64,000 nt of DNA from Candidatus Thorarchaeota archaeon. Its GTDB lineage: Archaea > Asgardarchaeota > Thorarchaeia > Thorarchaeales > Thorarchaeaceae. The notes under the pieces are model-generated. The model had not been told where the DNA came from, ran no database searches, and saw nothing but the letters and a program-made list of their open reading frames with translations. Below, piece after piece: positions 9,742 through 19,600 of this stretch; the first letter of the stretch is position 1; each line of letters begins with the position of its first letter. The position numbers and the translations under genes were made by a program. The stretch spans positions 32,001-96,000 of the forward strand of contig JAGSHN010000027.1 in the NCBI GenBank assembly GCA_029855935.1, read 5' to 3'.

Positions 9742-10698
9742 ATGGGACTCCGAAACTACGTTCAGCTGATGCGCCCGTGGCAGTGGTACAAGAACCTGCT
9801 AGTGTTCCTCGCGGTCATATTTGTTGACATCCCCCACGAGTGGCCCTGGGACAAGACGCCGGCAATCTTCCAGTGGCACTACTATCCGCCGCTGATTCTG
9901 GGCTTCATCGCACTGTGCGCGGTATCAAGTGCAGGATACATAATCAATGACATAAAAGACATAGAGAGAGATGCGGCCCACCCGGAGAAGAGAAATAGGC
10001 CTCTGCCGTCTGGCGAGGTGAGCAAGAACACTGCGCTCGCTTTTGCGTTGATCCTGATGATAGGAGGGCTAACACTCGCATACGCTCTGGACACCGTCTT
10101 TCTGATGCTCGTCATCCTCTACATCATCAACTCACAGCTCTACAACCTGTTCCTCAGAAAGTGGGCAGTCATAGACGTGATCACGATTGCAGTTGGGTTC
10201 ATCATCCGAGCGATAGCAGGAACATTCCTCATACACGTTCCCTTCACTTCTTGGCTGGTGATAGGGGTCTTCTTCTTCGCGCTCGTGCTGGGCTTCGGCA
10301 AACGCAAGAACGAACTGCAGCTCCTCGGGGAGGATGCAGCCATTCACAAACCGGTCTTCCAGCAGTACACTGAGACGATGCTCGACCACGGAATCACAAT
10401 GTCAGCCACGTGGGTACTCTTCTTCTATACGTTCTACTGCTACGAGAACTTCAAGGACGTGATGCAGGCCCAGCCTGTACTCCTCACAGTGCCAGTCGTG
10501 GCGGGGATACTGCTGCGCTACGTCTATCTCGTCTTTGCGGGTAGTCCCGTTGGTCGCAACCCGCACCTCGCGCTGCGGGACAAGGGAATTGCGCTGGGCG
10601 TGATTATCTATGGCATCACACTGTTGTGGACTGTCTTCTTCTGGCAACCAATCTTCGAGTTTTTCTACGACCTGTTCCCACCTCTGTTCCCCCCCTGA
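9742..10698 (+). CDS. UbiA-family polyprenyl-phosphate phosphoribosyltransferase (DPPR synthase / NoeC-like)
   Basis: MRPWQWYKNLLVF, YIINDIKDIERDAAHPEKRNRPLPSG, GFIIRAIAG, FGKRKNE, LRY are characteristic of the Rv3806c/NoeC subfamily; multi-pass. Confidence 0.85.
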   Translation: MGLRNYVQLMRPWQWYKNLLVFLAVIFVDIPHEWPWDKTPAIFQWHYYPPLILGFIALCAVSSAGYIINDIKDIERDAAHPEKRNRPLPSGEVSKNTALAFALILMIGGLTLAYALDTVFLMLVILYIINSQLYNLFLRKWAVIDVITIAVGFIIRAIAGTFLIHVPFTSWLVIGVFFFALVLGFGKRKNELQLLGEDAAIHKPVFQQYTETMLDHGITMSATWVLFFYTFYCYENFKDVMQAQPVLLTVPVVAGILLRYVYLVFAGSPVGRNPHLALRDKGIALGVIIYGITLLWTVFFWQPIFEFFYDLFPPLFPP

Positions 10699-10702
10699 TG
10701 TG

Positions 10703-11386
10703 ATGGTGACGCCATTGACACGCAGACTCTCAGCCTTCGACCTGCACACGCACACTATCCACTCCAAGGACGGACTCACTCCGCCAAGGGATCTCTTCAA
10801 GATAATGCGGAGGAAGAAGCTGCGTGGCGTCGCTGTCACGGAACACATCCGGCCGTCATTCACACGGCCCATCGTGCGCGAGAACAAGTTCCTCATCCCG
10901 GGATGTGAGCACAAGTCGTCAGACTACGGCGAGATCATAGGCCTCTTTGTGACAGAGCGTGTGGAGAACAAGACGTTCGTAGAGATTGCCGAGGACCTCC
11001 ACGACCAGAACGCGCTCACCGTCCTCCCACATCCCCGAGATCCATTGAGAAAATACACAGCACTTCGTCGAGGACTTCCTGACGCGCTGATTGTCAAGCA
11101 TATCGACCTCGTCGAGGGGATAAACTCGCGTTGTGTGCTGCCATCCTTCAACAGAAGTGCGCAGCGGCTTGCGAGACGCCTGGGAAAGCCTATGACGGCA
11201 GGCAGCGATGGTCACAGCTTTCTAGAGATAGGCCACGCTAGGACGTGGCTCGCCGACGTAGAGAGCGTTGACGACATCTACGAGGAGCTGAAGGCTGGCA
11301 GAACCTGGATCTCGGGCCGGCCATCGTTCCCACTGTGGCAGGTGCCAACGATGATGTGGCAGAGGCTGAGGAGGTTCGCTCATTGA
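10703..11386 (+). CDS. PHP-domain metal-dependent phosphoesterase
   Basis: DLHTHT.HS.DG, AVTEH, IPGCE, LPHP, VEGINSR, AGSDGH. Start is ATG 10703 or TTG 10715 (GGTGA SD). Confidence 0.88.
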   Translation: MVTPLTRRLSAFDLHTHTIHSKDGLTPPRDLFKIMRRKKLRGVAVTEHIRPSFTRPIVRENKFLIPGCEHKSSDYGEIIGLFVTERVENKTFVEIAEDLHDQNALTVLPHPRDPLRKYTALRRGLPDALIVKHIDLVEGINSRCVLPSFNRSAQRLARRLGKPMTAGSDGHSFLEIGHARTWLADVESVDDIYEELKAGRTWISGRPSFPLWQVPTMMWQRLRRFAH

Positions 11387-12438
11387 ACGAGACAGACAAC
11401 ACGACAAGAGAGTCCTTCATCAGTGTTCACAAGCTTGTGCTGTTCGTCATTGCGGGCGTGGCGGTCTATCTGGCCATCGGCCTGTATGGCAAGTTTGACC
11501 AGATCGCAGCCGCGATCAACAGCATTCCGTGGTACTGGGTGGTCCCCGCTATGATGGGGCTCTCATTCCTCAACTACGCAATAAGATTCATCAAGTGGCA
11601 ATACTATCTGCACAGGATCGGTGTCAACCTCTCCAACTCCGACTCGTTCAGCGTCTTCCTCGCGGGATTCACTCTGACCGCGACCCCCGGAAAGATTGGC
11701 GAGGCGGTCAAGGGGGTCTTCATCAATAGACTCGACGGCACACAGCTCGCCAAGACTGTCCCCGTCGTCGTCTCCGAGCGTGTCACTGACCTGCTGGCTA
11801 TGATCATTCTTGCGGCGCTGGGATTCATCTTTGGTCTCTCCGGCGGCGAGCAGATGTACCTTCTGCTCCTCCTCGGGGCCGTGGCCCTCGTGGGCGCTTT
11901 GATCCTCGGTCATAGCGCGTTCTATCAGAGATTCGTTAAGAAGATGGTCTCTTTTGGGCCACTGAAGAGGTTTCAGGACAGCTGCGATGTGATCGAGAAC
12001 ACGATGGTCCGCACGTTGGGGCCGCGCCCGATGGTTCTTGCCACTGCAGTGAGCATACCCGGTTGGTTCATGGAATGCCTCGAGCTGTGGCTCCTTCTCA
12101 GCCTTCTCTCCGGTGCAGGACTGCCATCGCTGACACCTGCCTCGCTGCTGCTACTGGCGCAGACGACCTTCATCCACGCGGCTGCGTCGACCGTCGGAGC
12201 TCTGCTCTTCTTCCTACCTGGCGGTCTTGGCGGATACGAGCCATTCGCGATATACGTGATGGAGTTCGTACTAGGTCTCACTGCATCGGTCGCGGGCGCA
12301 GCGACAATACTGATCCGCTTTGTCACACTCTGGTTCAGTGTGATGGTCGGCTTCGTTGCGGCTGGGATTGTTACAAGGAGGGCACGTTCCAACAGGCCTG
12401 CTCCTGAGAGCGACAGCCGAGAGGACGACACGGTCTGA
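11383..12438 (+). CDS. Lysylphosphatidylglycerol-synthase-TM / UPF0104 flippase-like membrane protein
   Basis: RFIKWQYYL, TPGKIGEAVK, SERVTD, LPGGLGGYE, LIRFVTLWF. TTG 11383 overlaps the PHP stop, with a GAGGAGG SD upstream. Confidence 0.85.
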   Translation: MNETDNTTRESFISVHKLVLFVIAGVAVYLAIGLYGKFDQIAAAINSIPWYWVVPAMMGLSFLNYAIRFIKWQYYLHRIGVNLSNSDSFSVFLAGFTLTATPGKIGEAVKGVFINRLDGTQLAKTVPVVVSERVTDLLAMIILAALGFIFGLSGGEQMYLLLLLGAVALVGALILGHSAFYQRFVKKMVSFGPLKRFQDSCDVIENTMVRTLGPRPMVLATAVSIPGWFMECLELWLLLSLLSGAGLPSLTPASLLLLAQTTFIHAAASTVGALLFFLPGGLGGYEPFAIYVMEFVLGLTASVAGAATILIRFVTLWFSVMVGFVAAGIVTRRARSNRPAPESDSREDDTV

Positions 12439-12521
12439 TGTGCTGGCACTTCGAATAAGTCTCTTCGCTGCTGGCACCACGCTTAAAACGCAAACGCCGC
12501 AACAGGGAACGGGTGAGCAGA

Positions 12522-13541
12522 ATGGCAGACCCGTATGAGATAGCAGCCAGCAACGCCGAAGAGATCGTCACCGAAGAGGAGATTCGCAAGATCCTCGACA
12601 GCGGAGAGGGTTTCAATTTCTACTATGGGACAGCACCAACGGGACCATTCCATTTCGCCTATCTCATACCTCTCAACAAGCTGGTTCAGTTGACCGAGAT
12701 AGGGGGACGTGGCACCATCCTGCTTGCCGACTATCACGCTCACCTCGACGACCGCAAGACAAGCTTCGAGGAGATGGACCTGCGTTCCAAGTACTACGAG
12801 GAGTGCATAAGGGGTGTTCTCGGCGAGCACGCCAACAGGCTCGCGTTCGTGAGAGGCTCCTCATATCAGCACAAGAGAGACTACGTAGAGGATCTATACA
12901 AGATTGCAGCCCGCGTCACGACAAAGAGAGCATTGAGAGCTGCAAGCGAGGTGGTCCGCATCAGGGGAGATGCCAAGGTCTCGGAACTCATGTACCCGCT
13001 TCTTCAGATCCTCGATGTCAAGTATCTGAAGGCGGACATTACCGTCGGCGGCATCGACCAGCGGAATATCTACATGCTCGGTCGAGAGGTCCTCGAGACC
13101 GTCGGCTACAAGAAGGGGGCCTACATCTTCATGCCACTACTGCCGTCACTACGTGGTGGCGGACAGAAGATGTCTGCGAGTGACCCGCTCTCACACATCC
13201 GCGTGACCGACTCGCCTGAGGAGATACGGACGACAATAAGAAAGGCCTACTGTCCTGCAGGCGTCCTTGAGCAGAACCCGATAACCGCGACCGTTCGATA
13301 CATCCTGATGCCCAGGTTTGGAAAGATACTGATTCGACGAAAGGAGAAGTTCGGGGGCGACATCGAGTTCGACTCTGTTGAGGAGTTTGAAAATGCCTAT
13401 GCAGACAAGGCCGTTCATCCTCTCGACCTGAAAGAGGCCGTGGCAGAGGGTCTGATTGAGCTTCTCAGGCCAGCGAGAGAGTACTTCGAGAAACACCCAG
13501 ACCTTCTCGAAGAGGTTGAGAAGACGTTTTCCCAGGAGTGA
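12522..13541 (+). CDS. tyrS: Tyrosyl-tRNA synthetase
   Basis: YYGTAPTGPFHFAY (HIGH region), LADYHA, YPLLQILD, GGIDQR, KMSAS, HPLDLK. Confidence 0.95.
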   Translation: MADPYEIAASNAEEIVTEEEIRKILDSGEGFNFYYGTAPTGPFHFAYLIPLNKLVQLTEIGGRGTILLADYHAHLDDRKTSFEEMDLRSKYYEECIRGVLGEHANRLAFVRGSSYQHKRDYVEDLYKIAARVTTKRALRAASEVVRIRGDAKVSELMYPLLQILDVKYLKADITVGGIDQRNIYMLGREVLETVGYKKGAYIFMPLLPSLRGGGQKMSASDPLSHIRVTDSPEEIRTTIRKAYCPAGVLEQNPITATVRYILMPRFGKILIRRKEKFGGDIEFDSVEEFENAYADKAVHPLDLKEAVAEGLIELLRPAREYFEKHPDLLEEVEKTFSQE

Positions 13542-13693
13542 GGAACTCCTCGTTCTGCATATCTCTTGCTGGAGGACCCAGCTGGAGAGACCAGAACCTC
13601 TCACTCATAGCGATGTACACCTGAGTGGAGGCGCGGCCGGGCCGGACACCCGCTTCGGGGCTCGACCCAGCCTTGCCAACTCCTCGCATCCAA

Positions 13694-16600
13694 TCAGTCG
13701 AGGTCAAGCCCAATACTGCGCAACAGTGCCTCAAGGTCGGCCTTTGAGAGTGTCTTTGCCTGTTCGAGTATGATCTCAATCTCATCGGGACCTATGCCCT
13801 TCTGCTCCAGTCTCCTGCGCAGTTCCTCAAGCTGCTCCGGATGCTCCGCCAGGGCCGGCTCACGGACCTCCTGTACCTTACCCTCGGCCTCGGCAATGGC
13901 CTCGGCTCGACGCTGCTCCTCCTGGGCGATGACCTCCCGGAGGAAGCCGACACGCTCGCTGGGCTTCATCCTCGCGAGGTCAGACCTGAAGGCCTCAATC
14001 TCCTCGTCACCAAGACCGGTCAGCTGAGCGAGGTACTCCAGTAGCTCCTCGACCTCTGGTACCACAGCCTTGATTGGATATCCATCAACATCCTCCGACT
14101 CCTTGGCGAGGTTGACAGGAGCCAGCTCTTCATTCGCCATCTCTAGTAGGACGTCCTGCCGCGACCTCACAGGTGGTGCCTTGGGCACCTTGCCGCGCTT
14201 CAGCGCGCCGAGCATTCTGTTGATGTAGCGGATCATCTTTGGCACGCTGAGAACCTTGACATAGAGTAGGAGCAGTAGCGCAAGGATGACCAGAGAGGAG
14301 CCACCGTAGACGGCCACGTTCTGAGCAAAGATCTGCGCCTCACTTGGGCTGGAGTAGATTGTGAATGCGACCTGCTGTGAGACGAAGTCGTCCTTTGAGA
14401 GAGTGACGACAAAGTAGAACGTGCCGGGGTCAGTCACCTGCACAATGAAGACGTACGTGCCGTTGCCAGTGTTGCGTGTGAAGTCGGGGTAGAAGGTGAG
14501 ATTTCCATCGCCACTAATGCCGACCTCATAGTCGGCGTCGTCAATGCCCACGTTGTGGTCGAGGTCCCAGTACTGGACCGTTATCTCAAGACTCGCTCCT
14601 GGGTAGGTCCGAATCTCCTGAGTGGACACGTAGTAGGTCGTCAGCACCTGACGTACCGTGATCTGCACGGTCTTCACCGGGATGAGATAGTAGGGCCCAG
14701 AGAACACAAGATCGACTCGGTAGGTGTCAATCGGCAGGTCTCCGCTCACTGAGAGGAGGTAGGAACCGTTCTCCATCTGGGTCAGAGGAGCAATACCGAT
14801 TCCCTGCCAGTGAGCCTCGGCCACAAGATCAGTGATGATCTCGTCTGTAAGGTCATTGCGCACCGTGAACGCCAGAGAGGCGGTCTCATTGATAGGCAGC
14901 GAGTACGCTCCGACGCCGAGTATAGTGGCCGGAGTCCTGAGCATCACAAGGTTTAGCTCGATTGTGCCAGTCGCATAGTTTGGCACAGTCATCGACACTG
15001 ATACGATGTAGGTACGTGGATTGGTCACATTGACGACCACTGTGATCAGGTACGTGCCATTGCCGAGGTCGGTCACAACAGCGGGGCCACCAGACCAGCT
15101 CGCCGTCACTGAGGCACCGACCACGGGCTGATCGTTGTGGACGTCCCAGTACAACGTCCTGAACTGCACGGTGTCGCCGTAGTAGCCGGACAGAGTCGGC
15201 GCAGTCGAGTTGAGTACCGTGGGGACCTCGAAGACGTTGAATGACACTGTGCGTCGTGCTGTGGCGTAGCCATCCCGGGCTGCAATGACCGACAGCTCAA
15301 GACTGCCAGTGCTGAGCCGACTGGTGTTCACGGTTGTCACATATGTGCCATCAGGCTGCTCGTGGAGCAGACCTGACAGACCGCCCACCACGTAGGTCAC
15401 GCTCGCGCCCGTGACTCGTGTGCCCACAAAGGTATCGTTGTATTCAACAACGAGCTGGACAATGTCACCATAGTATGAGTTGACGAGTATCGCGCCACCA
15501 TTCAGCGTGAGCGATGTCGGTGTAGGCAATACTATGATCGTCACAGGAGTGTCGAGGAAGTCGTAGTTTGGTGCCAGAGCATGTAGTGTCGCCTGATAGT
15601 CGCCAATGGCGAATCCTGTGGAGTTGATGTAGCCGACGTAGTACCCTGGCGTACCGTTCGCATACAGGTGCGCGACTTTGTCGCCCCACAGGAGCGTGAC
15701 ATTGGCATCCTCGATCGGTACATTCCGCGCTGTGGCATTCAGGTACACCCAGAACTCGTTGAGGCCCGACGGATAGACATCCACAACAGAGGACATCGCC
15801 ACTATCGATCCCGAAGCCTTTGTGACAACCAAGGTAAAGGTTGCAGAGCGGGGCTGATAGAACTGCTTGGACGCCACGACCACAGGCTCGTAAGTACCAT
15901 ACCTCTGAGTGGCGGTGTCTAGATGAAGGACGTAGGTGCCGTTGCCAAGGTCGACAAAGGGATAGACCGTACCGTTCCACTGCAGCTCCACCGTCATCTC
16001 TGGGACGGGCGTATTCGTCAACGCCTCGACGACATCGGCGCGAATATCAATGAACTCGCCCCACTCAGCATAGTATGTGGTCTTTGATAGAGTGAGATCG
16101 ACTGTCAGTGCTGCAGGCTGGATCATCACAGTCGCTGTTGCCTGGCGGTAGTCCGTCTTCGTCGCCCACACGGCAAAATAGTACTGCTGAGCCAGCAGAC
16201 CAGTCGTATTGATGGTCAGCTGATAGACGCCACCACCTATCTCCATAATCGTGACCGGAGTGCCATACAGTGACGTCCAGTTGGTCTCCACCGTGGCCCC
16301 AGTCACAACAGTGTCGTGGTCGGAGTCGTACAACGTGACATTGACCACATGTAGGGCTCCCACAGGTAGTGAGGCTGGCGATGGTGCCTCGGTGACCAGT
16401 GTAGTCTGGATGAGCCGGATCACTGCACGGATGTCATACGCCGAGCGCTCAGCATAGTATGGATAGCCCGGGCGACTCGCAGTGAGATTGAAGAAGATAG
16501 AGCCAGTACCGAGGAACTGCGAGGTGGGTATCTCAAGGAGGTAAGAACCGTCGCCGTTGTCGGTGATGTTGTAGATGCCCGGCGAGATATTGAGGAATGC

Positions 16601-19600
16601 GACCGACACGGACGCACCGCTTATGCCAGCTCCGGAGATGAAGTCTGTGTACTCGAACACGATGGATATGTTGTCGCCGTAGGGCGTGGTACCGACAAGC
16701 GGAAACAGTATCTGAGTGGGCCGCTCGGTCGTCGTGGCATAGGTCGTCGCGTTGCGTGCTGCATAGTACGGAGGCTGGCCTGTCTTGTCGATGGTCACAT
16801 AGATGGGAACATTCGATACAAGGTGAGTGGAGTTCAACAGGGTGGAGTTGAAGCTTATCGCGTACTCCGTGCCGAGAGAGGCAAGAGAGTAGTCACCAGA
16901 GCCTATCGGTGTCTGGGCTGGTCCAAAGGTCAGAGCAATGTTCGACTTGGTGATCGATATCGCCTGGCCCGTGAGGAAGTCACTGAACTTGAACTGGAAT
17001 GTCACATTCTCAAGGAACGGTGTGTTGCCCGGCGTCTGGGTGATCAGAATCTGCGTCGGGCGCTCGCCTACACGAATGTAGATCACCCTATGTGCTGGCG
17101 CGTAGAATGGCACGCCCGACCAGCTCAAAGACACATTCACCGGGAAGGCCCCGAGGGAGCCCAGAGACTCACTATCGACGAGAATCCTGAACTGTCCGTT
17201 GCCCAGTGGCACAACCCAGTAGTCAGTGCCCTCAACGAGCGGGCTGACGGATGAGTTTGAGCAGGACACCACCACAGTTGCTCCGTCGATGGGAGAGCCA
17301 TCATTGTCGTCTGTGTACGTGACCACGAAGGTCGCATTCTCAAGGTAGTACGTCAGATCGGGTATCTCATATGCAAGCTGGGTGGCCCGCTCTGAAACAG
17401 CGAACCCGAACACATCGCTGGCATCCGCCTCATAGTTCGAGCCAGTGTAGACAATGGTCGCATTGAGAGTGAAGACGCCATCCGATGGGAACCCTGTGGT
17501 GTTGAGAACGACCTCGTACTGCCCGTTCCCAAGATACGTCACCGTGTAGTAACCTGCCAATGAGGCGTTCAGCGTCAGTGTTCCCGTCATTCCACTGGAC
17601 GACCCAGAGATCAGGTCGGTGTAGGTGAAGACCACAGTCACGTTCATTCCCCACTGGCCCGGCTCGAAGGAACCGTGTGTCAGCTGAGTGTTGCGAAGCG
17701 TGACCCGCAGGGTGAACGACTGGTTTGCCAAGTCCCTGTAGTAAGGCTCACCGCTCCACCCGATGTTCAGGTGCAGCGTGAACGTGCCGACGCCTCCCAG
17801 AGACTGTGTGTCGATCAGCATCGTGAAGAACCGGCTGGAGTCATCGTAGGACAGTGAGTAGGAGACCCAGCCCTCCGCCAGAGAGATCGAGATGGCTGAG
17901 CTGTTGGCAATCCGCTCCGACGAGAGCGAGTCAACGTAGCTGAAATAGAAAGTGGCACTCTCACCAAAGGGCGCAGGCTCAATCGGCACGTAGTCCAGAT
18001 ACGTGAGCCGTTCAAGCACCACGAGGCTGACGGTCATGCTCCTGTTCTCATACAGGGGGGCCTGACCAGAGCGCCACGTGAAGTTCAGTCTAAACTCGAA
18101 TGTCCCAGTTATGAGGAATCTTGATGTGTTGAGCCTGAACTCGTACGTCCCGGGCGATCCACCGAGCTCTGATACGACGAAGTCGGCCTGCGTCACAGGG
18201 TGACCAGCAGTGATTGGTGTGATGTAGACGAACACGTCTCCTGTGGAGTTGGATATGCGGGTTGAGTTGACCTTGTCCCAGTAGACCACCGTGAACGTGA
18301 AGTTCTCAAGATAGTACTTTGCCGTGGGCGCCTGTTCCAAGTAGATGCTCGTGTCAGTACCGAGGATACGCACCGATGTATGGATTGTCCCGTTGTAGTA
18401 CGTCGGTACCGGGCCGGTCCACCGGACTTCGATGGTGATGTCTTTCCAGCCAATCGTTCCCCACTGGTCAGCAGAGAATGTGATGTTGTAGTGGCCTGTG
18501 CCCAGCGTCGAACTCGAGACGCTCCACGTGAGAGTGGCCGTCGGCGACGAAACGGTGATACGGACATACCCGGTGAGGTTGTCGATGCCCACGCCGAGAT
18601 CCAGATCGCGGTACTCCACGAGCACGATCACAGTGCCCGTGTATGGTGTCTGGTCCACAGGCTTGTCAAGCACAAAGAGTGTGTCGTGGCTTCTGATCTG
18701 CACCTCGACAATGAATGTGTGATTCTGATAGTTGGGTCGTGATACGTCGAACTGCACAGTGTAGAAGCCGCCCGGTGAATTGACCGGGTCGTCGTCCTCC
18801 GTGAACAGTGTTATCTCGTACTCACCGGGCGAGACCTCAATGACCGTGTAGTTCTTCTCGCCAGTGGTGTGGAAGCTGGTCCAGTTGCAGACAATCGAGT
18901 TGTTGGCGCCAGTCACCGGCACATTCGAGTCCGTGTCTGTCCACGTCAGACGGAACGAACGCGACTCGCCCACAGGTATTGAGAGCTGATTGGCCGTGTA
19001 GGAGATGGTATTGTAGATCTCGCGTACGTCAACGTACAGGATGAGGCTCTTTGCCACAACAAACGGTGCTGTGGCCTGTACGAGTATGGGGTATTCTCCT
19101 ATCGGGATGCCAGCCGTTGAGAGCGTCACATCATAGAGGCCACCACCGACCTCAGCCACTGTATACGAGGCAGTCCAGTTGCACGTGATGGTTGCACCTG
19201 TTATGCCTGTCCCGTTCACGTTGGTATAGTTGACTCTGAATGTCTGGTCAAGACCAACGGCATTTGAGATTCCAGGATAGTCAGGTGACTCTAGGGTGGC
19301 GTCATAGTAGACGTTGAAGATGATCTGGGCAGTGGAGACGTCATACGCAGTGCGCGACCACGATATGTCCATTGTGAACTGGCCCTTGCCGGGCACAGTG
19401 CTTGTGTCAATGACCTTCGTGTACTCACCGTTGCCGCTATCATCGAATGTACCTGACCCACCAGCCCACGTGTAGCTCATAGTCCCACCCGGGACCAGCA
19501 CGTTGCTGTCTGTGTCATTGACCTTCAGAATCACTAGGACGAGGTTCTCATAGGTGGTGTTGGTCACCCACGTGGACACCGCGTCCGAGAGATATGACAT

